From the NCBI GenBank assembly GCA_951406725.2, contig OX597815.1:93372001-93436000 (forward strand): a stretch of DNA of 64,000 nt. Reading direction: 5' to 3'. The DNA comes from Octopus vulgaris. Lineage: Eukaryota. Made by a program: the position numbers and the translations under genes. Positions 27,480-41,102 of this stretch are shown one piece after another. The first letter of the stretch is position 1; each line of letters begins with the position of its first letter. Below the pieces are notes generated by a model. It was not told where the DNA came from, searched no databases, and was given only the letters and a program-made list of their open reading frames with translations.

Positions 27480-27945
27480 TCATCAATTTGGCTTTAACAC
27501 CTATCCTCACTCATGGTCATGAATGTTGAGTAATGACAAAGGGTACAATCATGACTACAAACGGCCAAAAGATCTCTGGAGTAACATTATTAGACGGGAT
27601 GCAAAACTTGGAGATCAGGAAGACTCTACTTCTCTACACTGAGAGGCTACAGTTCAGGTATTATGGACATGTAATCAGAATGTTTCAGGAAAGAATTGCA
27701 AGACTTAGTAAACTTAGTAAAGACAGATTCTTCAAGCTGAGCCAAATGGCAGGAGACCTAGGAGCAGGCCAAGAATGAGATAGTTGGATAATATCCCTAG
27801 TCTCAGTTGGTAGCAACTAGGAATCCAGCCAGAAAGTCTTATGACAGTTGCTTCTGACAGGACCCTATAGATGAGGTGCCTGAAGACTCTACCCCAACAA
27901 CCTTCCCAGCAATGATGGGCAGAAAAGATAGATGGATACTGAAGA
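27480..27945 (+). mobile_element. Rex3/Expander-like RTE LINE 3' fragment
   Basis: PILTHGHEC*VMT ... ISGVTLLD ... LLLYTERLQFRYYGHVIRM ... GRP-like. An inverted copy lies at ~51915-52400. Confidence 0.7.
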
Positions 27946-28829
27946 GATTGCAACAACAAAAATAAAAGCAAAGCAATTTAATTTCAATTGGTTTTGAATA
28001 CATTATACAGCCTTTACAGATATTTCTTCCCTTCTGTTTCTGTCACAAATCACCGAGCATCAGCTTACAAATATCACCTCCAATTTCTAATTTATTTAGT
28101 TTATCATCAGGAACAGTTGTTAGCACCATGAATTTATGAGTAATAACATTGATTATAAAACAAAATCTAAAAACCTATTAGAAATATATGAAAATTTCAC
28201 AAGAAGCTCAAATGCCACTTTGATATTCTGCTGAATGTAAATGAATTTTCCTTGTTTTTTTTAATGATATAAATTCATCGTCAAGTAAAATCTAACAGAA
28301 ACAATTAAAAAACTAAAGTGTATTTATGATCTCGTTAAAATATATATATATATATATATATATAAATAGCCATTTTATGTTTCATCACTAACATTATAAG
28401 CACTAACTTGGAACAAAAGAGAATAGGCCTGAGAACATGACTTGAATTCCCTATCTTATCACATTTCAAGTTCCTTCTCGGTTCTTAGTTACTCCTTATG
28501 ATGTAATTTACCATTTATATTGAGTTTATAGCAAACATAAATTTACAATTTATGTTTGTTTCAATCAATTTTGTAATTTTTAGAATTAGAACTGAATGTT
28601 TTTAGATAATTTTATTTTTCATTTTTAAAACTGTTTTAAGATCTACAATGAAAGTTAAGTAGATTTAAATTATTACTTGAAAATACAGAGATAACTACAG
28701 ATCTTTCAAAGTACGTTAGTAGCAAGATAATGAGAGACAGAAAGACCAATACAAAAAGACAAAATAACATCATAGTTATTCATAGCAAATATTCATTGAT
28801 GAAATAGCTGATGATGAAGACACACTCCA

Positions 28830-30575
28830 ATTTCAAGCAAGTAGCTTTTGAGCATTTAATGCATTCAGTAACAAGGTACTGAAGATGTGCATTATGGAGT
28901 TGCAAGTTAAGGAAATAACTTGCTGTAAACTACAGACCACATCTATGGATGAAGTATGGTTCAACCCTGAGGAAAAGTGACATGGTGGTAAACTGGCATA
29001 ACACAGATAAACCCATAAAAAAATAAAAGGTAGGCCTGGGAAGATCACACTTAGAAGAAAAGGTAGACATCACATGTATGTAACAAGGAGAGAAGCTGAA
29101 AGTAAGGGATTCACCAAAAGTATTCTAGATTATAAAGCAGTGTACCAGTGCAAATTAAAATGTTGGGAAAAAGCTTGTATGGAATGATAGAAGCAAACCT
29201 GCCTTCACTGACTGAGCAAGAAATAGCCATGGAAATATGGTTAATAGAATTTGCTGCATAAAAAGAGTAGGGAGAGTGGGTCTATAACAAGTAGACCAAA
29301 CAGATAGACAAACAACTGACTTTGATAACTTTATGATCAAAGGTGCAATTAAGGATATGAAGGCAGGGAAAATAGCTGAATTATCAAGGATATTCACTGA
29401 GATACTGAAAATATCTGGTGAAACAGGACATGCTCTAATCATTTGCACAGTACAGGTAGGGATCATTCTCAAAGACAGGTGTAGCAGTATCATCATTAAA
29501 CTACTACAAGGGAAACAGAAATGCTTGAGAAAAAAACAACTGCAGAGGCATGATACCAGGTTGTGAATGTAAATGAAAGAGTGATAGCACAACTGATTAG
29601 GAAGTGAACTAGTTTGGATGAGACAGTTCATATTTGTATCAGGATGATGATGATGGAATATTATCAATGCCTTCCCACAAGTGAGACAACTAGTTTTCAT
29701 CAAATGGAGAAGGCTTTAGGCAGGGTACTATACGCTGAAGTTTGTTAATTGCCTAAGAGAAAAAACTGTAAATGAATGGCTTATGAGAGCTGTGTAAGAC
29801 ATGTACAGAAATTCCATTAGCAACTAGTTTTATAAAGGCCATCAGAGCTCAATTCTCAGCTCTCCTCCTCTCCTGTTTATTATGGTTCATTAGGCCCTAA
29901 TAAAGGAATTTGAAACTGGCTGACATTGGAAACATCTGAGTGCTGATAATACCAATGACTTAGTTCTTGTAGCTAAATCTATCAAGTAATTAGAGAAGAA
30001 ATTCTAAACTTAGCAGCAAATCCAAGAACCAAGTAAGCCTAGCAAAGTAAACTTAGTAAAGACAAAAATTCTAAGAATGCAATACAGTGTACTCTATGTA
30101 AACTATGGATGCACAAGAGAAGTGGGATCAAACAAAAATATTTCATATATAACAAATGCACAGGGTTAAATCAGCAGTAGCAGCAAATATGAAATAATTT
30201 TTTTCCAAATACTTGGAAGTTTTCCTATAGGTTGATAGCTTCTGGCATCAAGGGGGCCTAATTAAGAGGGGAAGTGATTGTTATCAAAGCACTGGAAAAT
30301 TGTATAATGCTTGTGAGTAAAGTATCATATTGCATGATTGAATCATGGGAACAAAATATAAAAGTTGGAAAGAATTGAAGCAAGCATACTCTGTTCCACA
30401 TGAAGGGATAATGCAAGTGAGGAAGACCAAGGAATGCACGAAAGTGATAAAAGCTGATCTCAAGAGGCTAAACTTCACAAAGATCTGCAACAAATAATGA
30501 GACATTGTGCTATAGAAGACAGTTAATCCAAGCAAGCATGGGAAAGTGAACATAAAATGTTGATGATGATGATGC
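28830..30575 (+). mobile_element. Highly decayed RTE LINE (RT region through (GAT)n tail)
   Basis: IKGAIKDMKAGK.A..S.I..E.LKISG (ORF 29333..29566), colinear with the 49030-50460 RTE, ending gcatgggaaagtgaacataaaatgttgatgatgatg. Confidence 0.75.
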
Positions 30576-30804
30576 TAAGTAGCCATGACTAGTAGAATTC
30601 TTAAAAAGTTAGAAGGCTTGTAGTATGTAGTTATGTCCCTTTATATTTGAGTTCCAATCCTGTCAACACAAAATTTCTGGATAGAGAAACAGAGTATTAA
30701 TAACTAATGGGTTTGACTTAATGCATTTCACTTCTTGAAAAATGCCATAACAGCAATGTTGGGAATCATCATCTTCATTATTGATGTTATTTTTATCATT
30801 ATTA

Positions 30805-31275
30805 TTGAGAGAGAGCAGTGCATGCCATCAAAATGACACAGAGGTAAAATATACAAAGCCCAATATACCCATCATGACTACTCGTCTGATAAGGGTACAC
30901 CAGGCACATGCATCACATCTATATGTGCGCAATATGGTGATCTCATATTGAGATAAACAGTGCATGATCTTGCAGGTGGGGCCCAGTTAGTATTTTCTTC
31001 AGGTTGAGTAGCTCATCCTACTCAAAAGATCCCTAAATAAGGCTTGTTTAAAGGATGTCAAATGAAACATCTATGTTTCCAGAGGTGAATTATTCAAACC
31101 TCAAAGAATTCCTCTCAACACATGGGTATGATGCTCTCTTGCTACTCCTGCTAGTGATCAGGGATGCACATATCGTCAACCACTAATGGACATGCTCAAC
31201 TGGTAAGGGTCAAACAACTGACAAGCAAATCTGAGGTATTGAGCAGAATAGTTGCTGTAGCTCATCTTTTACATC
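30805..31275 (-). mobile_element. Unclassified (TAA)n-tailed retroelement-like repeat
   Basis: gagagagcagtgcatgccatcaaa...gataagggtacaccaggcacatgcatcaca... recurs at 45364-45606. Both copies are embedded in (TTA)n tracts. Confidence 0.7.
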
Positions 31276-31276
31276 A

Positions 31277-31533
31277 ATTATTATTATTATTATAATAGCT
31301 TGGCTCAGGTTCTACCTTATTCCTGGTACGAATTATGTGGACAGTGAGTTATTACCAGTAACCTTAGGTCTCCATAAATTTCCAGTAGTCTTTCAAGTGC
31401 TTATAACCCTCCTGATAATTCTTGCTGTACCTAAGAGAAAAACTTTCTGTAGGAGCTCTATCAGGCATTCTATTTCAATCTCCTTCAGCCATTAGTCTAT
31501 ATTTTGGCTTACTGTTTCCAGTGCACCAATTAT
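31277..31533 (-). mobile_element. R4/Dong-clade LINE 3' end
   Basis: Minus strand IIGALETVSQNID*WLKEIEIECLIELLQKVFLLGTARIIRRVIST* (C-terminal IIGALG..LQK..LLGTA.I.RRV motif), then a short UTR and a (TAA)n tail. Confidence 0.8.
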
Positions 31534-31576
31534 TTATTATTATTAACAATCATCATCATCATCATCATTATTATTA

Positions 31577-31789
31577 AGGCAGTGGGCTGGCAGAAATGTT
31601 ATCATGCCAGACTAAATGCTTAGTGGCATTTTGCCCGTCTTTATGTCCTGAATTCAAATCTTGCAATGATCAACTTTGTCTTTCATCTTTCTCGAGACAA
31701 TGAAAAATGTACCAATCAAGCACAAAGGTTGATGTAGTTTACTATCTCCCTCCCCATAAATTTCAAGCTTTTTGCCTATAATAGAAAGG

Positions 31790-31827
<38 letters not shown>

Positions 31828-32290
31828 CTTTATTATTAAAATGGAGAGCTGACAGAATTGTTACTGTATCAAACAAAATACTTAGCAGCATTTCTTCAGG
31901 TTTTCATTTTAAATTCAAATGCCTCTGAGGTCAACTTTTCACCCTTTCAGAGTTCATAAAATAGAACCAGTTGAGCACTGGGAACAAATGTAATCAAATA
32001 AACTCTTCGTTCCCAAAATTCTAGGCCTTCTGTCTGTAGTAAGATTATTCTTCTTATTTATTATTGGAAAGGAAAGAGTGCAAAAGTCAATAGAGCATCA
32101 GAAAAAATAACTAAAAGTATATAGCGATGGGTTTTTATATTTTGAATTCAAATCCTGAGGATAACTTTACCTTTCATCATTTAGGCTTCATTAAATAAAA
32201 TACCAGTCAAGTAGTGGAGTTGAGGGAATTGTATGATCCCCACCAACCACCAAATTTCTAGTTTTGTGTCTATGTTAGAAACCACTATTT
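31577..32290 (+). mobile_element. Three head-to-tail copies of the second SINE family separated by (TTA)n
   Basis: Three repeats of gagctggcagaa...aaatgcttag...attcaaat...gtcaacttt..ctttcatc...aaataccag at ~31577, ~31840 and ~32075. Confidence 0.75.
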
Positions 32291-32362
32291 TAGTCATAGT
32301 TGATAAGACGAAGGTTGCATTAATGTATAAAAGTGTGGTTAACACTGAAATAATGGATAGAC

Positions 32363-32403
<41 letters not shown>

Positions 32404-34215
32404 AAAAATATAGAGATGGAAAAACATCTGACCACTTTGGTGGAATAGCATAACTATAGAAGGGGAATTGCAGAGAAAGACAGGGGAACAGAAGCTTAAA
32501 GCTATTAATAAGAAAGGTATCCTTATTTAGAGGAAAAGCTTTCTTCTAAATAGAATCTGAAAAGTAAGCAATAAGATCAGTACTTTAAGGTAGGAGCTAT
32601 TTAGGTACACTTAATGCCATTTCAATAAGATTAATAAAGTTATCATGCTTGCAGTATTAACTGGATTAGTGTTTCCTTCACTATTAATAATGAACAAGTC
32701 TACCAGGTAAAATAGATTGATAGGTGTCAGGTAAAGAGAACTGTGCCATCAACAAAGGAGTTTAAAGAATTTAATAATCAGAGATAAAGAGTTAGTAGGG
32801 AAGAAGACAGAGGTTTAAGATATGGTAAAATGACAAAGTTCTGCAGATTCATATAAGAAGAACCAATAAGCAATGTCCAGTGCATTAGCTATTGGCATTA
32901 TCTGAAAACATGGAACTCAGCTTGGGTCAATTTGGTTTTGATTCCATCTGGAGCTAATAAAATGAATACCAACTGAGTATTAAGAATGGTTCAATAACTT
33001 GTCTCACCTTAAAAATAGTTTGATAAATCATTTATTACTTTTTTTATGTTTATTTATTGTACTTTACATTTACTTAAAATTTTGTAGATTTGTTTGTCTG
33101 TTGGATCAGTTATTTCTACAGCTGGGCAATGTTCTTCTTACTGCTAACTACTCAACAAGGAAGGAGTTTGTTTGGCTCAAACAAACTGGAATAAGCAGAA
33201 AATAAAACACCAGGTAGTTTTCCTCTTTATTTGGAACAGTGTGGATGGGTCATGTTTTAGGGTTTATAGGGTTTCATAAGATAATGTTAAAGTAGAACAC
33301 CTAAAGAAGAGTCTCAATGACATCACTGAGGACGTCTGTATTGACAAAAATTTGTTCAATAATCTTACAAAATAGAATAAATATGTAACCTAAGGAGAAG
33401 GGAGGATTGCCATTTCAGACAGGATTCTTCAACAGGTTAAAATTCTCTCTTGGAAGAATACAAACTTATTGACTTTTGTGAATATTATTCAAGCAAGTAA
33501 TGTAATGTGCTTTGTTTAGATATGCAAAAATGATGACAGCAGTAAGATCTGAACCTCTGATCTTATGATTCACCACAATAACTTCACAGTTTATATAAAA
33601 ACATTTTGAGTTAGAAATTAGATTATTATTGTTCATATATTGTAATATCGTAAATGTATTCCTGTTATACATTGACAGTATTGTTCAAATATTCTAATAT
33701 CAAAAATTTATTATGAAAATATTGTTATATCATAATTGAAATGGCAAAATATATGTATTAAAATATCATTGTACCTGTATGCATTAAAATATTATATCCT
33801 CAATGTTTTTGCACAATGTTGTAATATAAATATATGAAAATATTTCAATATTCCAAATGTTTTTCAAATTAAGCTGATGTTGACTTTGCTTTTCATTCTG
33901 TCAGAGTCGAAATAAATACCAGTTGAGCGCTGGGGTCAATGTAATCTATTTGTACCCTCCCCCACAATTTCTGGCCTTGTGTCAAAATTTGAAACCAATA
34001 TTCTAAATCTTTGGTTGAAATGTATTTAAATCTTGTAAAATCATTAATCTATTGTTTAAAAGTATTTTCTGAAAACTTTAAAAATATTTTCTTAAGAAAG
34101 CAGCCTAAAATGACAGGGATGATTGGAAAACTGAAGCTATTTCCTGAATAACACATGGAAAGCATAAAGAATAATGACATATATGATACTGCACAGAACA
34201 GACTAATTAACTTAC

Positions 34216-34338
34216 CATTGCACTGGCAGCAAATTGGTTATGTTCTTGGTCTAAATCCAATGCCATTTGATGGGTTGGGCCAATTTCTGTGTAATTTATT
34301 AGGAACATGTCTCTGTTATGAGAAATCCATTCAAACAT
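34216..34338 (-). CDS. trio: Trio/Kalirin exon, spectrin repeat
   Basis: tgtcag|123 nt|gtaagt. MFEWISHNRDMFLINYTEIGPTHQMALDLDQEHNQFAASAM (cf. MFDWI.HNK..FL.SYTEIG). Confidence 0.95.
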
Positions 34339-35117
34339 CTGACAAACAAGAGTGAGAAGAAAATATAATATATTAAGAATGTTTCCATGTATTTCAAATA
34401 TCCTACATTTAAGCAAAAATATTTTAACCATATCTTTACATACAAAATTTTAATTAGAACAAATCACGATTAAATCTAAAGTGCATGATATCCAAATGAA
34501 TCAAATGTATGAGAATCAAATCTATCAACTTATAATCTTAGCTTCCCATCATTTAAATATCAGATTTTAAGTTGAAACACAAAGCCGAATTAAAAGTAAC
34601 AATTACAGCACAGAATTAAATATTGGTCTGTTATTATCACAATTCTCTGATTATTATTTCTGATAATTTTGAATCTCATTGCACATAAACACAACTGTGT
34701 GTGTTGTGGTTTGACCAATAATGTAGAACCAACAAGGAACGAATAGCAATCAATTATCACTCAAATCACATACAACCATCTTTAAAAATATAAAGATAAA
34801 TTGGACAATGTTATTTAGTCCAAAATCAATTCTAATTGAATAGACTTATGATCAAAGGTATTTCTACTATAATTCTATCATTTTGTACATTTACAACTAC
34901 ACTAATGAATGGCTTTCCTTTTAAAAGATAGTCGAAAGGATTTGAGATATTTTAAGTTTATTCTTCCTATTTTTGCTATATTTAAACAGAAAAGGGTTCA
35001 AGATGTCTTGAACACAAACATTTTCAATACACAACTATTGTTGACTGAGGAAACTATACTAGAGACATTTAGCAACAAAATAAAAGAAGTGAGCAAAATC
35101 AGAGAATTATACACTAG

Positions 35118-36070
35118 ATCATCATCATTTAACGTCCATTGTCCATGCTGGCATGAGTTGGCTGGTTTGACTAGGGCTGGCAAACTGGAAGGATGCACCA
35201 GACATTAGTCTGTTTTGGCATGATTTCTATGGCTGGATGCCCTTCCTAACACAAACCACTCTGAGAGTGCAATGGGTGCTTTTACATACCATTTGCATAA
35301 CACTGGTATCTGCCATGACTGTAGTTTTACTTGGCTTGATGGGTCCTCTTCTCAAGCACAACATAATGTTAAATGGATTTGGTCATTACCTCCATGAGGC
35401 CCAACACTTGAAGCCTGGCATAATGCCAAATGGTCTCGGTCCTTGCCTCCTCCAAGAGGCCCAATGCTCAAAAGGTTCTTTTACGTACCACCAGCACAGG
35501 TGCCATTTGCATGACACCCGTATCTGCCATGACTGTGATTTTACTTGGCTTGATGGGTCTTCTTCTCAAGCACAAGATAATGCCAATAGTCTCAAACATT
35601 GCCTCTGTGAAGTCCAACATTCAAAAGGAGCTCAACCACTGCCTCTGTGAGGCTCAATGCTTGAAAGATGCTTTCTACATACCACCAGCACGGGTACTGG
35701 CTATGTGACACAAGCATCAGCTACAACTGTGATTTCACTTCGCTTGATGGGTCTTCTTAAGCACAGCATATTGCCAAAGGTCTCGGTCACTAGTCATTGC
35801 CTCTGTGAGGCCCAAAGTTTGGAGATCATGTTTCACCACCTTATCCCATTTCTTCCTGGGACTACTTCTACCACAGGTTCTCTCTACAGTTAGGGGTCAG
35901 CACTTCATTACGCAGCTGTCCTTGTCCATACGCATCACACAACCATGCCAGCACATTAGTCTCTCTTGCATATCACATCTGATACCTTTTATGCCTAACT
36001 TTTCTTTCAAGATGCTTACACTCTGTCGAACATGGACACTGACATTGCACATCCAGTGAAGCATAATAGC
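35118..36070 (-). mobile_element. RTE LINE 3' fragment (same sense as trio)
   Basis: (CAT)n tail at 35118 and the reverse complement of the RTE 3' UTR and ORF end (MLHWMCNVSVH...WDKVVKHD). Confidence 0.85.
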
Positions 36071-36593
36071 AAAGGAGGAAGAATAATTAATACTTAGGTT
36101 TCTTATTCTTACTCAATGTAATTTTATCTTTATTTTGATATTTACCCTTGTTTACAAACACTGTATTTCTGACTTGTGTTTAGTTCTTGACTCATTCTTA
36201 GTATTTGTCCTTATATTTGACTACATGAAGCTTATACATAGTTCACTGTTGCCAAACATTTAGAAAGCTGGCCAATTACCAAATGTATTCTTAGTAAGTA
36301 CGTCAACAATGAAAACAAATGAATATTTACACTTTCAGTGAATGTGTTTGGTTCATTCTAGAAGGTATCAAGAAACCAACCAGAAAACAGCATTTTTAGA
36401 TAGTAGGATGAGACAAATCTAGAATGTTCTATTGACAGCAAATTGATTGGGAATGTACCTTTTACAAGGTGGTGCTTCTTAGCAATATTTGTACACACTC
36501 TGACAGTAACAAATCATACCTTCCTCAGAAAACTACTAGAAACACAGAAGCAAGAGAGCAAAACAACACACAAAGAAAGAAAATTAACAGTAC

Positions 36594-36778
36594 CTTCTCC
36601 ACATCATTCTCAAATACCCGCAGCTGTAGACATTGTTCAAGTCGAGCTTTTTTATTTATCCACAACTGATTTAGGTGCTGCTTAGTCGACTGGAGATTGT
36701 CCAAAAGGTGAGAAATCTGAGGGACAGCACTCTGGAAATCAGCATTTCCAGATATCACAAAGAGTTTATGACTAGAGC
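36594..36778 (-). CDS. trio: Trio/Kalirin exon, spectrin repeat
   Basis: tttcag|185 nt|gtactg. Phase-1 start fits the previous exon. ...NADFQSAVPQISHLLDNLQSTKQHLNQLWINKKARLEQCLQLRVFENDVEK. Confidence 0.93.
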
Positions 36779-36964
36779 CTGAAAGACAATATTACTAACT
36801 TTAGAGCAGAAATCTTTATCAATGGGTAATAAATTCAGCTGAGGAAGAAAAATATAATTTATGTAATTGGAATAATAATAAATATGCATTTTAAACATGC
36901 ATTTTTCAAAAATAGTTCAGGTTTTGTTCATTTGAAATTTTATTAAAGCATAAGGGGTGTAATA

Positions 36965-37400
36965 TAGGCTTGTGACATAAGGTGTTGATCTCCTGGCTAA
37001 AGGAACAGGATTCAATTCATATGTCACCTAGATTGTGTCCTTAGTTAAGAATACTCAACATGAGTGCTTCTTGTACATGATAAATGTAGTATGCACAATA
37101 TAAGTGTTGTATACTCAGCCCAGATGTGGTGAGCACAGCCTGGTTGCGGTGTGCTCAGCTTGAGTGCAATGCGCTCAATACTAGTGAGATACAATCAACA
37201 TGTAAACTGAACATGAGTGTATTTTAATCAATGTGATCTTAGTAGATTCAGCATGGGTGTAGAATACTCAGCACAAATGTAGCGTTGGTGTGCTCAGCAT
37301 TAGCATGATTTCTTCACCATGAATATTGTGTACTCAGCAACAGTGTGGCAAACCCAACATAGATACTTTGCACTCAGTCCAAGTGTAGTGTATTTAACAT
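36965..37400 (+). repeat. Decayed SINE-like head followed by a ~20-bp minisatellite (GTGTACTCAGCATGAGTGTA-like)
   Basis: ggattcaattc (B-box-like) and tgtgtccttagttaag (CORE-like), then ~15 diverged units containing ctcagc/ctcaac. Confidence 0.65.
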
Positions 37401-38996
37401 GTGTACACTTCAGACAAACATAAAATACATACAAATATAACCTCATGAGCAGTTCAGTGCAAATTCAAAGTGATTACATACGTCACAGTAAATTAACACT
37501 AATTTCTCCTAATGTATATTTTAATTTATTCAAACGAATGGTCTGCAACAACTAACCAAAAATGATGCAGAATTTGTATAGAAGATGTATACAATTACAA
37601 CCATTGCATCCATGCCTGTCTTAAATGTAATTCATTCTTTCAAATATTTATACAATAACTGTTTTCTCAAAGAAGCACAGCCAGCCTTAGATTATGTAAA
37701 GGATATGTGGATTGGACACTCAGAACATCACCTATTACACCAATCTGCTTACGTTGACCATACAGTTTGAAATTATTTTATGGCAGCCCAAGAAGGTGCT
37801 TCTTAAACAATTCTTGTGAAGGCTAGCATCAATCATTTAGTGGATTGGTCAAGATATCCTGCCCTACTATCTGAAAATTTAAAAAAAAACATTCAAAGAA
37901 CAAAAAAAAAAAAGCAGTAATAATTAAACAGTGTACTACTGGTGCAAAAATTCCAGAATGTAGAAAGAAATATAAAGGTAGTGAAGCAAGAATCCAATCC
38001 ATGTCAGTAAATATCAAATCACTAACAATTGGATTAATTTAAGAGGTAATGCTCATAATTTGCCTTTTAGAATATTTCTCTTTCCTCCAAAATAATGTTA
38101 ACTTTTTACTGCAAAATAAGCAAATTTGAAATAAATATATATTTTTTTATTGTTAATGAAATGAAACATTTACTCTGCAAATAAAAACTTTACTGTCTAA
38201 TGATGTTTTATATTCTGCAATTTACCAGCAACATATTTGGTATGATGATTAATTTACTGGTGACATATTGGTTCACAATTCATAAACTTGTGATGAAATT
38301 ACAGGTGATGAATTTATCACAATGAATTTACCAGACACTTTCATTAGACCCATCAAACATTGCTGAGATATATATTTAAATGAAAAGAAACAGCAACAGT
38401 CATACTCTGAGTCCACATTACCCACCCCTGCTTTAAATACCAACGGAACCTATTGGCATACAAAAGCAGACTGCATATTGAAGAGAAAGCAACATATCAT
38501 GTCTTTACACTTCACCACATAAGGCAGCAAACACAGAATAGTCCTCAACAAGGAAGAAATCTGAGATACAAAGAACAATAGATCTGTGAATCATACTTAG
38601 TTACTTGACTAATTATCTACATGTCTTAGGCTTACATGATCTAGGCTAACTTAATGTTAAACAAATAATATCAATCATTTATATTATTAGAAAGTAAGGT
38701 ATTTTGGGAGATTGTATAGCCAGCTTAATTAACTCTAATACATCACTGATCTCTCATTCTGATGTCTCAAGAAGGCTGTACAGAAAAGTTAACCTTGGAG
38801 AATGTAGAACATATCAGAGGTATGCCCACAGTAAGTTCTAAAGTCAAAACAAAGAGGTGCAACAAAATATTACAAGACATTTTAGTCCTACATTCTGTTA
38901 TTATTAATAACAGCTGACAGGATAACCACAATATTACACATAAATACACATTTAAATAGTTTCTACAGGGAAAAAAATATAATGTTTAACATTTAC

Positions 38997-39234
38997 AATA
39001 ATCACCAGATAAATTATCTTCTTCTCCAGTGATTGTCTTCAGAATGTGATGCCCTTCCATTGTCAATTGTTCAACTGGAGCTTTGGTGACTCTTTTCTTC
39101 AGCTGGTTGTGGTGCTCTAACTGAATCTGGGCACCATTTAAATCATCAGGTAACTCCGGACATGTCAGGATTTCTGCTAACTCATCGAGTTTGTCTAGAA
39201 GGTCTAATGCTTTCCAGATAAATTCCTCCAACAT
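38997..39234 (-). CDS. trio: Trio/Kalirin exon, first spectrin repeat
   Basis: atgtag|238 nt|gtaaat, with an alternative same-phase donor ending the exon at 39006. MLEEFIWKALDLLDKLDELAEIL...QLEHHNQLKKRVTKAPVEQLTMEGHHILKTI. Overlaps ORF 38986..39234. Confidence 0.9.
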
Positions 39235-39577
39235 CTACATAGAAATACAAAAACATTTTTATAATGTGTCATATTTTTAATTAAAGCTATTTTTTTATAC
39301 AACCCTCTCTTTTCTCTTAATTTCAGATGTATGTATGATATATGAATAAAAAAACAAAAAGCTGCAAGCCTGAAAATGAGTTATCAGGATGTAAAAACTG
39401 CTCAAAGCTTCCTAAGAGTAAAAGATAAAGTATCCATGGGAAACAACAGCTTACAGTTTAACATTTATATAACCTGATAGTGGATCTGACAAGTAGTTTC
39501 TTCTAAATAAAGATTTCATCTATTACTTAATATGTTTACACTACAAATTATTACATTTATCAAAATTTTAAATACTG

Positions 39578-39608
<31 letters not shown>

Positions 39609-40410
39609 TTCCATGACAAATAGGAGATTAAATTTAAGTTGATTTTACTACAGGATCCATATACTTACAATAAACAGAAAGATAATATTCAAGAAAAAGT
39701 AAATTTTTTAAGTGATGAAAGTAAAGAATATGAGGAGAGAGAGAGAGACAGAGGAGTGAATTTTTTGCAGCAACACTAATTATTAAAGTAAAAGTGAGAG
39801 AAATTACTGGAATATAAAAATTGTGTGCAAGGTGTTTTCCAACTAGAATTGAATCCATTGCTGCTATTTAACAATAACAAATTATTTACGCTATAATTGG
39901 TTGATTGTGTTAATCTACTGAGATATCTGATTTTATTCCTTCCTTATAGTCTTAACCTACCACACTGATAAAGTGCTTGAGCACTGGGTTAACAGTCTTT
40001 GGTTAAACGGTCTCAACAGACAGGTAAGTGCTTCATTAGCACACAGTACCTGAGTTTCCCTTTAGGCTTAAAATATCCACAGGAAATCATTTCTCTGTGT
40101 CTTCCATAGCACCATTAGATGAAGTGCTTGATCAATACAAAATTAAAATGACCAAATCAACATATGGCCAAAGGTACTCTAGTTCTAACTTTGTCCATTC
40201 ATCATTCTTTTGAGTTATAGTGTACTTGGGACTATATCATCAGTGTCTTTTTTGAGTGTATGATTTGAGAGATTTGGCTGCAATTTCTACTAGGTTGAGT
40301 GACCACATGGAGGTCTTTTCAATGGCTTGTCCATCACATAATGATTCATCTTTCAGTGGTCCTCTAACTCCACAATAAATTTTAAGATGAAGCATTTATT
40401 CCTTCCTTAC

Positions 40411-40524
40411 CAGTCGGAGTTGAATCCACTGTTCATGATCATAATCCAGAGTACCATCAAATTCTCTCGTAAGCTGAGATGAATCGATAAATTTGGAAAG
40501 ATTATCAACTGATAACATATTGGT
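40411..40524 (-). CDS. trio: Trio/Kalirin exon, SEC14 C-terminal end
   Basis: ttccag|114 nt|gtaagg. TNMLSVDNLSKFIDSSQLTREFDGTLDYDHEQWIQLRL, containing the SEC14-type QLT.EFDG.L.Y.H..WI motif. Confidence 0.95.
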
Positions 40525-40758
40525 CTGGAAAAAATGAATGATAAAATATTAGTAAAAGTTATAGAAAGAGGAAATAACAAGTATGACAACAATTAAATAA
40601 TTAATAGAAATGGGAACTGAATATAATTTTAATTTATACCATAAAAAATCAATTTACAGTTTAAAACAATCTTTTAAATGAAAGTGTTCCAAAACACTTC
40701 ATTAGTTAATGATAAATAAGGTTTATAATCTCTTCATTCTGAAAAATATGATACTCAC

Positions 40759-40860
40759 TTCAAAGTTGTACTTGGCACTTCCCAAACTGGTTCTTTGCTT
40801 CTCCCAAAATTTTTCAGGCTTGATAATGAATGCCATTTGAATATTGCCAGGAAAACATTC
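40759..40860 (-). CDS. trio: Trio/Kalirin exon, SEC14 domain
   Basis: tcgcag|102 nt|gtgagt. ECFPGNIQMAFIIKPEKFWEKQRTSLGSAKYNFE. Confidence 0.95.
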
Positions 40861-41102
40861 CTGCGAAGAAATTATAAATAAAGCAGTTATATAAGTCCTC
40901 TTTAAATAAAGTATTTCTTGAAAAACATTCTAAAGTAATCAATAATTTATAAGATCAGTATTTCAAAATAACTACAATACCACTACTATTTGTTATTGCA
41001 ATTATCTACACCACTGGTAAGGTTACAAAAAGCCTGATGGAAAAGTACAATAGCTACAATAACAAGTTATATCCATTCTTAAGTCAGTCAGATGTCTTTC
41101 AA

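Noticed and set aside
29155-29703. 182-aa minus-strand ORF
   Set aside because: Antisense shadow of a decayed RTE LINE.
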